DNA of 52,889 nt from Gemmatimonadota bacterium (lineage in GTDB: Bacteria; Gemmatimonadota; Gemmatimonadetes; Gemmatimonadales; GWC2-71-9). Position 1 is the stretch's first letter. Each line of letters begins with the position of its first letter. The translations under genes were made by a program, and so were the position numbers. Below the pieces are notes generated by a model. The model did no database searches, was not told where the DNA came from, and saw only the letters and a program-made list of their open reading frames with translations. The stretch spans positions 1 to 52,889 of the forward strand of contig JBDHAB010000013.1 of NCBI GenBank assembly GCA_039588295.1, written 5' to 3'. Shown piece by piece: positions 27,416 through 37,933 of this stretch.

Positions 27416-28276
27416 ATGTCCAGCAACATGGTTCGCCGCCTCGCCGTCGCCGCTGTGGGAATCCCGGCAGCTGCGGCGATCGTGTACGTGGGTGGATGGC
27501 CGCTGGCGGCGGCGTTGGCCGTGCTCGGGGCGCTCGGCGCCGTCGAGTTCTATCGACTCGGGGCACGAGGTGGACTGTGCCCGCTGGTGGGGATGGGGGT
27601 CCTGGGAGCGGCACTGTTGCCCCTGGCGACCTTCGCGGCCTTGCAGGTGGAGGGTCGGGTTGCGCCCTCGCTGGTGATCGTTGTGGGCGCGGCCTGGATC
27701 ATTGTGACGCTCTCGCTCGCCACCTTCCAGCGGCGCCCGACCGACCGACCCCTGGCTTCAGTTGCGCTCACCGTTTTCGGGGCGCTCTATGCCGGCGGGC
27801 TCCCGGCGTTTCTCCTCCCCTTGCGTCACGCACCGGGCCTCCCATCGCAGTGGGCGGCTTCGGCGCTGGTGTTCCTCCCGCTCGTGGTCACGTGGGTGGG
27901 CGATTCCCTGGCGATGGCCGGAGGCGCCGTCGTGGGCGGCCCCAAGTTGGCGCCGGTGCTGAGCCCGAACAAGACGTGGGCGGGTGCGGTCGCGGGAGCG
28001 CTCGGGGCGCTGGTGCTTACCCCTGCGATCGGCCTCATGGTGCTGGCCCCGTTGGGTGTCGAGCTGGCGCTCTGGCAGCTCGCGGTATTCGGTGTCGTGA
28101 TCGGCGTGGTGGGGCAGCTTGGAGATCTCGCGGAATCCCTGTTCAAGCGGGAGGCAGGCGTCAAAGACTCCGGAGCGTTCTTCCCCGGGCACGGTGGGGT
28201 GTTGGATCGACTCGACTCGCTGTACTGGGTGCTTCCCACGTCGGTGATCCTCATGATGGCCTACGGCGTTCTATGA
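27416..28276 (+). CDS. cdsA: Phosphatidate cytidylyltransferase
   Basis: SPNKTW and GDLAESLFKR..KDSG..PGHGGVLDRLDS motifs. Confidence 0.95.
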   Translation: MSSNMVRRLAVAAVGIPAAAAIVYVGGWPLAAALAVLGALGAVEFYRLGARGGLCPLVGMGVLGAALLPLATFAALQVEGRVAPSLVIVVGAAWIIVTLSLATFQRRPTDRPLASVALTVFGALYAGGLPAFLLPLRHAPGLPSQWAASALVFLPLVVTWVGDSLAMAGGAVVGGPKLAPVLSPNKTWAGAVAGALGALVLTPAIGLMVLAPLGVELALWQLAVFGVVIGVVGQLGDLAESLFKREAGVKDSGAFFPGHGGVLDRLDSLYWVLPTSVILMMAYGVL

Positions 28277-29418
28277 CACGCGGTGTGGCGGTGCTCGGCT
28301 CGACCGGCTCGATTGGCACCAGCACGCTGCGGGTTCTGGAACGGCAACGGGAGCGGTTTCGTGTTGTGGCTCTCACGGCGTACGGGTCCAGTGACCTCCT
28401 GCTCGCCCAGGCCCGTGACACGGGTGCGGACTTCGTGGGACTCGTCAACGGCCACCCGGGATCGCAGACGGGCGCGGGTCGAGCGGTGGCCGTGGGCCCG
28501 GATTGTTTGATCGAGGCCGCGACCCGCTCCGACGTTGAGATCGTGCTGAACGCGGTCGTCGGCGCCGCGGGGCTGCGTGCCACGATCGCGGCATTGAGGG
28601 CGGGCAAGCGGGTCGCGCTCGCCAACAAGGAATCGCTCGTGATGGCGGGCGATTTGGTCATGGCGGCGGCTCAGGAGGGGGGTGGGGAGATCGTCCCGGT
28701 GGACTCGGAGCACAGCGCCGTGCTCCAATGTCTGAGCGGTCGTCGCGTCGACGAGCTGCGCCGGCTCATTCTCACGGCGTCGGGTGGTCCGTTTCGGGAG
28801 TGGCCGAGCGATCGCCTGCACCAGGCCACGGTGGAGGACGCACTGCGACATCCGACGTGGGACATGGGCCCGAAGATCACTGTCGACAGCGCGACGCTTG
28901 TGAACAAGGCGCTCGAGGTGATCGAAGCGCACTATCTGTTCCGGTTGGGGTACGACCAGATCGAGGTCGTCGTGCACCCACAGTCAATCATCCACGGCTT
29001 CGCGGAATTCGTGGACGGCTCGGTGCTGGCGCAGTTGGGATTCCCCACCATGGAGTTGCCGATCTTGTACGCGCTCACGCACCCGGAGCGAATCGTGGAT
29101 CGCGGGACGCGGACCTTCGATCCGGTGGCGGCCGGCCCGCTCACCTTCGAGCCGGTGAGGCGCGAGCATTTTCCGGCGTTTGCGCTTGGGGTGGCGGCGG
29201 GCGCGTCGGCCGGCACGGCGCCGGCCGTGTTCAATGCCGCCAACGAAGTGGCGGTGCGGGCGTTTCTCGAGGGCCGGATTGCGTTTCGTGCGATTGGCGA
29301 GGTGATTCAGGCCGTGCTGGACGCCCACGACGCCTCATCGGCGAGGGACTTGGAAACGGTGCTCGCGGCCGATCGGTGGGCGCGAGAACAAGGAGAAACG
29401 CTGTGCTCGTCACGATAG
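28273..29418 (+). CDS. dxr: 1-deoxy-D-xylulose-5-phosphate reductoisomerase
   Basis: LGSTGSIG, LANKES, PVDSEH and HPTWDMGPKITVDSAT motifs; ATGA overlap. Confidence 0.96.
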   Translation: MTRGVAVLGSTGSIGTSTLRVLERQRERFRVVALTAYGSSDLLLAQARDTGADFVGLVNGHPGSQTGAGRAVAVGPDCLIEAATRSDVEIVLNAVVGAAGLRATIAALRAGKRVALANKESLVMAGDLVMAAAQEGGGEIVPVDSEHSAVLQCLSGRRVDELRRLILTASGGPFREWPSDRLHQATVEDALRHPTWDMGPKITVDSATLVNKALEVIEAHYLFRLGYDQIEVVVHPQSIIHGFAEFVDGSVLAQLGFPTMELPILYALTHPERIVDRGTRTFDPVAAGPLTFEPVRREHFPAFALGVAAGASAGTAPAVFNAANEVAVRAFLEGRIAFRAIGEVIQAVLDAHDASSARDLETVLAADRWAREQGETLCSSR

Positions 29419-30770
29419 CCGCGTTCTTGTTCGTCCTCGGAGTGCTCATCTTCGTGCACGAGCTTGGGCATTTTCTCGCAGCGAAGGCCGTGGGGATCGG
29501 GGTACCGCGTTTCTCTATCGGGTTCGGCCCACCCACGCCACTGCGGTTTCGCCGGGGTGAGACGGAGTATGTCATCGCATGGTTCCCACTTGGCGGGTAC
29601 GTGAAGATGGCCAGCCGGGAAGAGCAGGACGCCATGTCGTCTGTCGAAGGAGGCGAAACGCCCGAGGAGTTTCCCCCGGAGCAACTGTTCGAGAGTAAAT
29701 CGCTGGCGGCTCGCGTAATGGTCATTTCGGCCGGCGTCGTGGCCAACGTTCTGTTCGGGTGGCTGGCGTTCACGGCCTTGGCGGCCGTGTACGGCAGGAG
29801 TGAGGATCCCACCACGGCCGTCGTGTATGTCGACGAACCGCTGCTGCCGATCGCGGCGAAGCCGCTTGCGGCGATGCCGCGGGGTGCCCAGATCGTCAAG
29901 GTGAACGGCGATACAGTAGGGTCGTGGGACCAGATCGTTGCAGCGATCGCGGACCCGGTGTCGGACCGCCTGCGGTTCGATTTCGCCGGGGATCTCGACC
30001 CGATCATCGTGCCGATTCGCGGTACGGCGCAAGAGGACCGGGCGCGCGTCGCGATGGCGCTGCGACCCATGTGGCCGGCGCACGTCGGTGAGGTCCAGGC
30101 CGGGCGGCCAGCGCACGAGGCGGGCTTGGAGCGGGGTGATCGTATCATCGCCATCGACGGCGACACGGTGCGTGCGTTCTACGATCTCCAGCAGGCGGTG
30201 GAACCGGCGATCGGAGACACGCTCCGCTTCACCGTTCTCCGGGCGGATTCGCTATTCGTCGCCACGGTGGTGCCGGTCGAAGCGACGGTGGACGTCCCCT
30301 TCTCGCAAGAGTCACGAACGGTCGGCCGCATCGGAGTCAATTCGCTGCTCGAGCCGGTGTTCGTCAGGTTCGGCCCGTTGGGGGCCGCGGTGGAGGGCTG
30401 GCGCCGCACGTGGGCAACCACCGAGCTCGTGGTCTACACGCTCAAGGGGATTCTGTTTCGTGAGATCTCGGCGCGTGAAGTCGGCGGACCCATCCTCATC
30501 GGCCAGATGTCCGGACAGTTCGCACGCGTCGGGTTTTCGGCGCTTCTCGCGTTCATGGCGCTGCTGTCGGTGAACCTCGCGGTGCTCAATTTGCTACCCA
30601 TCCCGGTGCTGGACGGTGGACACCTCGTGTTCTTGCTCATCGAGGGAATTCGAGGCAAGCCGCTCTCGCTGGCGTCGCGCATGCGGCTCATTCAGGTGGG
30701 CATGGTGCTGCTGGTGGGTATCGTGATTCTCGTCTTCACCAACGACATCATGCGGTTGTTTGGGGGGTGA
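29403..30770 (+). CDS. rseP: RIP metalloprotease RseP (M50, PDZ domains)
   Basis: HELGH, PLGGYVKM and NLLPIPVLDGG motifs. Confidence 0.95.
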   Translation: MLVTIAAFLFVLGVLIFVHELGHFLAAKAVGIGVPRFSIGFGPPTPLRFRRGETEYVIAWFPLGGYVKMASREEQDAMSSVEGGETPEEFPPEQLFESKSLAARVMVISAGVVANVLFGWLAFTALAAVYGRSEDPTTAVVYVDEPLLPIAAKPLAAMPRGAQIVKVNGDTVGSWDQIVAAIADPVSDRLRFDFAGDLDPIIVPIRGTAQEDRARVAMALRPMWPAHVGEVQAGRPAHEAGLERGDRIIAIDGDTVRAFYDLQQAVEPAIGDTLRFTVLRADSLFVATVVPVEATVDVPFSQESRTVGRIGVNSLLEPVFVRFGPLGAAVEGWRRTWATTELVVYTLKGILFREISAREVGGPILIGQMSGQFARVGFSALLAFMALLSVNLAVLNLLPIPVLDGGHLVFLLIEGIRGKPLSLASRMRLIQVGMVLLVGIVILVFTNDIMRLFGG

Positions 30771-30799
30771 GGAGGGCGGGAGACTCCACCCTGCGGGCT

Positions 30800-31789
30800 T
30801 CAGCGGCCGGCCAGTACCACCAGGACCGCCACCACCGCGACGACGAGAACGGCCGCCACCGTGAGCAGCCACCGGGGCCGTTGGGCTTCTCGCGCGAGCC
30901 GCGCCATGAATTCGGACGTTCGGGTCGGTGGGATTCCGAACGACTCCGTGGCGCGGTTGGCGTTCTGGAGATCGGCCAGCTCCTCGCCGAGCGCTGCGGC
31001 GGAGGGGTACCGATCGTCCGGGTGCTTGGCGAGGCAGCGCATGACCACGCGCTCGAACCTGGCGGAGATATGTGGTGCCTTCTTACTCGGTGCCACGGGA
31101 TGATCTTCGACGTGCATCCGAGCCAGCTCGAACCAATCGGTTGAGCGAAACGGCGCATCTCCCGTGGTCGCCTTGTAGAGCGCCACGCCGAGAGCGTAGA
31201 GGTCGCTTCTCCCGTCGAGAGGCAGGCCTTGGGCTTGCTCCGGCGAGATGTACTGCGGTGTGCCAATCGTCATGTTGACACCGGTCGCGGAGACATACCC
31301 CGTGACGGCGCGCGCGATTCCGAAATCGGCGACGACCGAGGTGCCGTTGTCCTCGAGCAGCACGTTGTGCGGCTTGATGTCGCGATGGACGAACCCGGCC
31401 TCGTGGGCGAAGGAGAGCCCGGCGACCAGGTCCCGAGCGATGCGCACGACCTGGTCCTCGGGCAGGGGACCATGCCGCTCGAGGAGCGACGCGAGCGAGT
31501 CATGATAGAGGGGCATGACGAAATAGGTGTACCCGTCGGCCTGGCCCACCTGCAGAATCCTGACGATGTTGGGGTGGTGGAGTTCTGAGGCGATCCGCGC
31601 TTCGTGGCGGAACCGAGCCTCGAATTGCCCGTCGCCGGAATAGCGAGGCTTGAGGACCTTGATGGCTACCGGTTCGGCGCCCTGTACGGGTCGGGCCTCA
31701 AACACCCAGGCGAAGCCACCCTGCCCGAGGAGCCGCTGAACGGCATACGGACCGAGATGGGTCCCCTCGAGCTCGTGGGGGTCGAACAT
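30800..31789 (-). CDS. Hanks-type Ser/Thr kinase with C-terminal TM helix
   Basis: [25 protein letters not shown] and [10 protein letters not shown] motifs. Confidence 0.92.
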   Translation of the reverse strand: MFDPHELEGTHLGPYAVQRLLGQGGFAWVFEARPVQGAEPVAIKVLKPRYSGDGQFEARFRHEARIASELHHPNIVRILQVGQADGYTYFVMPLYHDSLASLLERHGPLPEDQVVRIARDLVAGLSFAHEAGFVHRDIKPHNVLLEDNGTSVVADFGIARAVTGYVSATGVNMTIGTPQYISPEQAQGLPLDGRSDLYALGVALYKATTGDAPFRSTDWFELARMHVEDHPVAPSKKAPHISARFERVVMRCLAKHPDDRYPSAAALGEELADLQNANRATESFGIPPTRTSEFMARLAREAQRPRWLLTVAAVLVVAVVAVLVVLAGR

Positions 31790-31803
31790 CAGGTGCGGTG
31801 GCC

Positions 31804-31832
31804 TTTACATGAGCCTGGAGTGCAGCTAAACT
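31804..31832 (+). promoter_or_regulatory. sigma70 promoter of rpsO
   Basis: TTTACA-N17-TAAACT. Confidence 0.6.
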
Positions 31833-31900
31833 TCGCGATTGTCATAAATTGCGGACGCCCAAGGTCTTCCGCGTCCGCGCGTTTGGAGGATACACATTTC

Positions 31901-32161
31901 ATGAGCTTTGACAAGCAAGCCGTGGCCCAGAAGTATGGGACGCACCCCAACGACTCGGGATCGGCCCGGGTTCAGGTCGCGTTCCTCACGGAGCGCATCA
32001 ATTCGCTCACCGATCATTTCCGCACGCATTCGAAGGATCACCATGGGCGACGGGGTCTGCTCATGATGGTCAGTCGACGGCGGCGGTTACTCGACTACCT
32101 CAGGCGGACCGATGTCGAGGGCTACCGGCGGTTGATCGCCGAGCTTGGCCTCCGACACTAA
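31901..32161 (+). CDS. rpsO: 30S ribosomal protein S15
   Basis: [10 protein letters not shown] and [15 protein letters not shown] motifs; ATG 31901 after GGAGG. Confidence 0.96.
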   Translation: MSFDKQAVAQKYGTHPNDSGSARVQVAFLTERINSLTDHFRTHSKDHHGRRGLLMMVSRRRRLLDYLRRTDVEGYRRLIAELGLRH

Positions 32162-32245
32162 TCCTCCGACGCCAGCCGGGGGTTCCCGAGCGACGCACAG
32201 CTGGTGCCCCCGCATATCTCTGAATGCTCAACAAGGACAGGTACC

Positions 32246-34339
32246 GTGCAGCATGTGGAACGACCGTTCGCCGGTCGCAGATTCCGGTTAGAGACCGGGC
32301 GACTGGCGAAGCAGGCGGCGGGCAGCGCGCTCGCGCAGTTCGGGGATACGATGGTGTTGGCTGCCGTCACCGTCTCCGATCAGGAGTCGCATCTTCCGTT
32401 CTTTCCCCTCACCGTCGAGTATCGCGAGAAGAGTTATGCCGCCGGGAAGATCCCCGGCGGGTTCTTCAAGCGTGAGGGACGCCCGGGGGAAGAGGAGATC
32501 CTCGCCGCCCGACTAATTGACCGATCCATCCGCCCGCTCTTCCCCAAGGGCTTCAAGAACGAAGTCCAGGTCTTCGTCTACGTTCTCTCGGCGGACCAGG
32601 AAAACGACGCCGATGTGTTGGGGCTGACGGCGGCATCACTGGCATTGGGTCTTTCCCGGGCCCCCTGGGATGGTCCCGTGGCGGGTGTGCGGGTCGGGCG
32701 AATTGACGGCGCCTGGGTGCTCAACCCCACGTTCGCACAACTCGAAGCGAGCGACCTCGACCTGGTGGCCTCGGGAGACGCCGATTCCATCTCGATGGTC
32801 GAGGGCGGTGCCCTGGAACTGGGTGAGGATGACATCGTCGCGGCCCTGGCTGCTGCTCAAGAAGGCATCGCCGAGCTCGTGGGCATGCAACGGGAGATCA
32901 TTCGCGCCGTTGGCACCCCCGAGCTCGAGTGGTCGCGCACGGAGCCGCCCGCCGAGCTGGTATCGCGGGTGCGCGCCGCGGCTGCGGAGCGAGTGCGCGA
33001 GGCGCTGAACCTGCACGAGAAGACCGAACGGGTACAGGCGCTCGCGTCGGTGCGCTCGGACATCGCGGACCAGCTCGCCGAGGAATTCCCTGACAATGGT
33101 GACGATATTCGCGGGGTGCTCGAGGAAATCGAGTCCGCGACGATGCGACAGCAGGTGCTCGAGCGCGGGGAGCGCGTGGACGGTCGCGATGTCAGTACGG
33201 TGCGACCAATCACCAGTGAGGTCGGCATGCTGCCGCGCGCGCACGGCTCAGCGTTGTTTACCCGCGGACAGACTCAAGCGCTGGTGAGTACCACGCTCGG
33301 TACGGTGTCCGACGAACAGCGCATTGACAACATCGATGTGCCGCAGGAGACGACCAAGAGCTTCATGCTCCACTACAACTTCCCGTCGTTCTCGGTCGGC
33401 GAAGTGCGGCCCGTGCGGGGCGTGTCCCGCCGCGAGATCGGCCACGGAAGCCTGGCGGAGCGGGCGCTGCAAGCGCTGTTGCCGCCGTACGACGAGTTCC
33501 CGTATACCATCCGCGTCGTGTCCGACATTCTCGAGTCGAACGGATCCTCATCCATGGCGACGGTATGCGGCGGTTCGCTTGCCTTGATGGACGCAGGCGT
33601 GCCGATGAAGGCCGCGTGCGCCGGGATCGCCATGGGTCTGATCAAGGAGGGAGACCGCGTCGCCGTCCTGACGGATATCCTGGGCACGGAGGATGCTCTG
33701 GGTGACATGGATTTCAAGGTGGCGGGTACGCGTGACGGCGTGACCGCGATTCAGATGGACATCAAGATCCAGGGTCTGGAGCTGGCCGTCATTGGAGAGG
33801 CGCTTCGCCAGGCGCGCGACGCGCGGCTTCACATTCTGGACGTCATGGCGCAGACGATCGGCGAGCCTCGCGGCACCTTGTCGAAGTATGCGCCGAGGAT
33901 CATCACCCTCCAGATCAACCCGGAACGGATCGGCGACATTATCGGACCCAAGGGCAAGATCATCCGCGGGATCCAGGAAGCCACGGGGGCGGAGGTCAAC
34001 GTCGATGACTCGGGTCTGATCACAATTTCGTCTGTGGACGGGGATGCGGGAGCGGCTGCGCGGGACATGATCGAAGGAATCGTGAAGGAGCCGGAGATCG
34101 GAGCGGTCTACGAGGGTGTGGTGAAAAGCACCACGGCGTTTGGCGCCTTCGTGGAGATTCTCCCGGGCCGCGAAGGTCTCCTCCACATCTCGGAGCTGCA
34201 ACACGAACGGACGCGAAAGACGGAAGATGTGGTGCAGAAGGGGGAGCGAGTGCGCGTGAAGCTGCTCGAGGTCGACGATCGCGGCAAGATGCGCCTTTCG
34301 CGAAAGGCACTGCTCGAGAAGCCTACGCCCGAAGCGTAA
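32246..34339 (+). CDS. pnp: Polyribonucleotide nucleotidyltransferase
   Basis: GKIPGGFFKREG, RREIGHG and GDMDFKVAG motifs, plus KH and S1 domains. Confidence 0.97.
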   Translation: MQHVERPFAGRRFRLETGRLAKQAAGSALAQFGDTMVLAAVTVSDQESHLPFFPLTVEYREKSYAAGKIPGGFFKREGRPGEEEILAARLIDRSIRPLFPKGFKNEVQVFVYVLSADQENDADVLGLTAASLALGLSRAPWDGPVAGVRVGRIDGAWVLNPTFAQLEASDLDLVASGDADSISMVEGGALELGEDDIVAALAAAQEGIAELVGMQREIIRAVGTPELEWSRTEPPAELVSRVRAAAAERVREALNLHEKTERVQALASVRSDIADQLAEEFPDNGDDIRGVLEEIESATMRQQVLERGERVDGRDVSTVRPITSEVGMLPRAHGSALFTRGQTQALVSTTLGTVSDEQRIDNIDVPQETTKSFMLHYNFPSFSVGEVRPVRGVSRREIGHGSLAERALQALLPPYDEFPYTIRVVSDILESNGSSSMATVCGGSLALMDAGVPMKAACAGIAMGLIKEGDRVAVLTDILGTEDALGDMDFKVAGTRDGVTAIQMDIKIQGLELAVIGEALRQARDARLHILDVMAQTIGEPRGTLSKYAPRIITLQINPERIGDIIGPKGKIIRGIQEATGAEVNVDDSGLITISSVDGDAGAAARDMIEGIVKEPEIGAVYEGVVKSTTAFGAFVEILPGREGLLHISELQHERTRKTEDVVQKGERVRVKLLEVDDRGKMRLSRKALLEKPTPEA

Positions 34340-34349
34340 CCGTCCCGAT

Positions 34350-35600
34350 ATGCAGACGGTCAGGCTGGACGAGCGTCTCTATCGGACCGCCGGCGAGAAC
34401 GGGGTCACTCTTCTTTCCGAGGTGCTTCCCGGTGTGCGATCGGTGGCGGTCGGTGTTTGGATCCGGGCGTCCTCGGCTCATGAGGCCCCCACCAAGATGG
34501 GCGTGTCGCACCTCCTCGAACACATGGTGTTCAAGGGAACGGAGCGACGCACTGCCCGCGACATCGCTCTGGAACTCGAAGGTCGCGGTGGCGCGCTCGA
34601 TGCGTACACCGCACGTGAGTACACGTCCTTCCAAGCCCGCGTCCTCGATGAGGATCTCCCACGGGCCCTCGACGTGCTCACCGACGTCGTACGCCATCCT
34701 TCCCTGCGGCAGAATGATCTCGAACTCGAACGGAAGGTGGTACTCGAGGAGATCAGCACGGTCGAGGACACGCCGGACGATCTCGTGTTCGAGCTCCATG
34801 CTCGGGCCCTCTGGCCCCACCATCCCTACGGGTACTCCATCCTTGGCACGAGGGACACGGTGCATCGGATGAGCGCGAAAGACCTGCAGGAGCTCCACAA
34901 CCGCTCGTATCACCCGCGCCACGTGGTGATCACGGCAGCCGGCAACGTGAACCACGACCTCCTGCTTAACTTCGTGGCCAAGTGCGGGTGGTTCACCTAC
35001 GAAGACGGTCCGCCGCCGCCGCAGGTGGCACCGGTGCCGCCCGCGGGTCGCGGGCTCCAGAAGGTCCAACGTGAGACGGCGCAAACGCATCTCGTGTTCG
35101 GTACCGACACCTTCGCGTACCGAGATCCACGCCGGGAGCCGCTGCTCCTGCTCAATGCGGTGCTTGGTGGAGGGATGTCGAGTCGCCTGTTTCAGCGGGT
35201 ACGCGAGGAGCTTGGGCTGGCGTATTCCGTCTACGCGCATCAATCGTTCTATCAGGAAACCGGGGTGTCGGGAGTCTACGTGGGGACTCGTCCGTCGTCG
35301 GCACAGCAGGCGGTTGACGTGGTGCTCACGGAGCTTCAGACGTTGGCCGCTCAAGGTCTATCGCTGGACGAGCAGGCGGCTGCCAAGCAGCAGCTCAAGG
35401 GTCAGGTCACCCTTGGACTTGAGAGTCCCACCGCGCGCATGTACCGTCTAGCGACGATTGAGCTGTATTGCGAACCGTATCGCACGATCGATCGGCTGCT
35501 GGCAGATATCGACGCGGTCGACGCGGATCAGGTTGCCTCGGTGGCACAGGAGTTCTTTGACCCGGACCGCCACGCCATCGTGTGGCTCGGGCCGAACTGA
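34350..35600 (+). CDS. M16 family (pitrilysin-like) zinc peptidase
   Basis: [11 protein letters not shown] and [16 protein letters not shown] motifs. Confidence 0.94.
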   Translation: MQTVRLDERLYRTAGENGVTLLSEVLPGVRSVAVGVWIRASSAHEAPTKMGVSHLLEHMVFKGTERRTARDIALELEGRGGALDAYTAREYTSFQARVLDEDLPRALDVLTDVVRHPSLRQNDLELERKVVLEEISTVEDTPDDLVFELHARALWPHHPYGYSILGTRDTVHRMSAKDLQELHNRSYHPRHVVITAAGNVNHDLLLNFVAKCGWFTYEDGPPPPQVAPVPPAGRGLQKVQRETAQTHLVFGTDTFAYRDPRREPLLLLNAVLGGGMSSRLFQRVREELGLAYSVYAHQSFYQETGVSGVYVGTRPSSAQQAVDVVLTELQTLAAQGLSLDEQAAAKQQLKGQVTLGLESPTARMYRLATIELYCEPYRTIDRLLADIDAVDADQVASVAQEFFDPDRHAIVWLGPN

Positions 35601-35629
35601 GCTCCGTCACTCTCAACGACGAGGTTCCG

Positions 35630-36742
35630 ATGATCATTGGTGTCCCGAGGGAGATCAAGACCGCCGAGAATCGGGTCGCACTCGTTCCGGCGGGCGTTGA
35701 GACCTTGCGGGCGCACGGGCATACCGTGCTGGTCGAGTGGGGGGCGGGGGAGGGGAGCGGGTTCGCGGACGACCTGTACGAGGCCGCCGGAGCCACGCTC
35801 GCTTCCGCCGAAACGGGGGTGTGGGCGAAGGCCGACATGATCGTCAAGGTGAAAGAACCCATCGAGCCGGAATGGCCGATGATGCGGCCCGGCCAGGTCG
35901 TCTTCACGTACTTCCATTTTGCGGCGAGTGAGGTGTTGACGCGCGCCTGCATAGACTCGGGGATCGTGGCGATCGCCTACGAGACCGTGCAGCTCCCATC
36001 CGGCGAGCTGCCGCTGCTCACGCCCATGAGCGAGGTTGCCGGCCGGATGGCGATCCAGGAAGGTGCCAAGTACCTCGAGCGGTTTTGCGGTGGGCGCGGC
36101 ATCCTGCTCGGTGGGGTCCCCGGCGTGCTTCCGGCCGAGGTGGTGGTCATTGGTGGTGGGGTAGTCGGCACCAATGCCGCGAAGATGGCAGCGGGGCTGG
36201 GTGCGCACGTAACGGTGCTCGACGTCTCGCTCGAGCGGCTGCGGTACCTCTCGGATGTCATGCCGGCCAATGTCGACATGGTCTACTCGAATCGTCACAT
36301 TCTGCTGGAGCAGCTGACGAAGGCCGACCTCGTGGTCGGGGCCGTATTGGTCCCCGGGGCGAAGGCACCGAGTTTGGTGACCCGGGAGGATCTCAAGGTG
36401 ATGCAGAAGGGCGCGGTCATTGTCGACGTTGCAGTGGATCAGGGTGGTTGTGTGGAAACGATCAAGCCCACGACCCACGAAAACCCCACGTACGTCGTGG
36501 AGGACGTGCTCCATTATGGGGTCGCGAACATGCCGGGTGGTGTGCCGCGGACGTCGACCCTCGCCCTGACGAACGCCACGTTCCCCTACGCCGTCCGCCT
36601 CGCGGCCGAGGGGTGGCGGGACGCGTGCAAGGCCGATCGTTCCCTGTTCCTCGGGCTGAACGTCATCGAAGGCAAGGTGGTGTATCCGGGTGTCGCGGAG
36701 GCGTTTGGCTTGGAGCTGTCGGACCCGGAGGGCTTCCTCTAG
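35630..36742 (+). CDS. ald: Alanine dehydrogenase
   Basis: [28 protein letters not shown] and VANMPG motifs. Confidence 0.96.
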   Translation: MIIGVPREIKTAENRVALVPAGVETLRAHGHTVLVEWGAGEGSGFADDLYEAAGATLASAETGVWAKADMIVKVKEPIEPEWPMMRPGQVVFTYFHFAASEVLTRACIDSGIVAIAYETVQLPSGELPLLTPMSEVAGRMAIQEGAKYLERFCGGRGILLGGVPGVLPAEVVVIGGGVVGTNAAKMAAGLGAHVTVLDVSLERLRYLSDVMPANVDMVYSNRHILLEQLTKADLVVGAVLVPGAKAPSLVTREDLKVMQKGAVIVDVAVDQGGCVETIKPTTHENPTYVVEDVLHYGVANMPGGVPRTSTLALTNATFPYAVRLAAEGWRDACKADRSLFLGLNVIEGKVVYPGVAEAFGLELSDPEGFL

Positions 36743-36787
36743 TGGTTCGCGGGGCGGTGCCCGGTGGCAAGCGGGTAAGTGCCCATC

Positions 36788-36816
36788 TTGTCTTAACTTA
36801 GAAGGTTCGTTAAGTT
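36788..36816 (+). promoter_or_regulatory. sigma70 promoter of the mre operon
   Basis: TTGTCT-N17-TAAGTT in an AT-rich patch. Confidence 0.55.
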
Positions 36817-36882
36817 AGGGCGCTCCTGATCCGGGAGCGCCCGCTCCGTAGCGGGCGCTCGAGTCCCCAACCCCAGTGCGCC

Positions 36883-37926
36883 ATGCCGATACAGTGGGGC
36901 AAATTCCGTTTAGGTCGTCTCATCCCGGCGAACGAGATCGCCGTCGATCTCGGAACGTCGAATACCCTCGTGTACGTACGGGGCGAGGGTATCGTGCTGA
37001 ACGAGCCGTCGGTGGTGGCCATCGAGAAGGCGTCGGGCAAGGTCAAGGGTATCGGCCTTGAAGCCAAGCGCATGTTGGGACGTACCCCGGAAGGGATTCT
37101 GGCGGTGCGGCCGCTCAAAGACGGTGTGATCGCCGACTTCGATGTCACGGAGAAGATGCTGCGGTACTTCCTGTCGACGATCATCCAGAAGCACTTCTTC
37201 CGCGTCAAACCGCGCGTCATCGTCTGCGTGCCGAGTGGCATCACAGAGGTGGAGAAGCGGGCGGTCCGCGACAGCGCGCACAGCGCGGGCGCCAAAGAGG
37301 TGTTCATGGTTGCCGAGCCGATGGCGGCGGCGATCGGGGTCGGTCTCCCGGTCGAGACCCCGACGGGCAACCTGGCGATCGACATTGGGGGCGGCACCAC
37401 CGAGATCGCGGTCATCGCGCTGTCCGGGATCGTCAGCGACACATCGATTCGTACGGGCGGTGACGAGATGGATCAGTCGATCGTCCAGTTCATGCGCAAG
37501 AACTACAACCTGCTGATCGGCGAGCCCACTGCGGAAGCCATCAAGATCCAGGTCGGGAGTGCGGTCCCCATGAAGGACGAGAAGGAAATGGACGCCAAGG
37601 GCCGCGATCTGGTGTCCGGCATCCCCAAGGTGGTTCGCGTGCACTCCAGCGAGATCCGCGAGGCCATGCAGGAACCGGTGCAACTGATCATGGACGCCGT
37701 CAGGCGCACCCTCGAGATCACGCCGCCTGAGCTGGCGAGCGATATCGTGGACCGTGGGATCGTCATGGCGGGGGGAGGGTCACTGATCCGCGGGTTGGAC
37801 GTGCTGCTCTCGCAGGAGACCGGGCTCCCGGTCCGTGTGGACGAGGACCCCCTGACGTGCGTGGTGCGTGGCACGGGACGGATCCTCGAGGACCCCGAGA
37901 GGTACCGCTCGGTCCTGAGTACCTAG
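36883..37926 (+). CDS. mreB: Rod shape-determining protein MreB
   Basis: DLGTSNT, RPLKDGVIADF and DIGGGTTE motifs. Confidence 0.97.
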   Translation: MPIQWGKFRLGRLIPANEIAVDLGTSNTLVYVRGEGIVLNEPSVVAIEKASGKVKGIGLEAKRMLGRTPEGILAVRPLKDGVIADFDVTEKMLRYFLSTIIQKHFFRVKPRVIVCVPSGITEVEKRAVRDSAHSAGAKEVFMVAEPMAAAIGVGLPVETPTGNLAIDIGGGTTEIAVIALSGIVSDTSIRTGGDEMDQSIVQFMRKNYNLLIGEPTAEAIKIQVGSAVPMKDEKEMDAKGRDLVSGIPKVVRVHSSEIREAMQEPVQLIMDAVRRTLEITPPELASDIVDRGIVMAGGGSLIRGLDVLLSQETGLPVRVDEDPLTCVVRGTGRILEDPERYRSVLST

Positions 37927-37933
37927 GGGACTC

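Noticed and set aside
27496..29402. Long N-terminal extensions of dxr and rseP in the ORF track (likewise HD-GYP, thioesterase, cmk, rpsO)
   Set aside because: They overlap upstream genes in another frame; the true starts coincide with stop/start overlaps or SD sites.
36790..36820. dif-like site (TTAAGTTAG)
   Set aside because: No XerC arm at 6-bp spacing; better explained as the mreB promoter.
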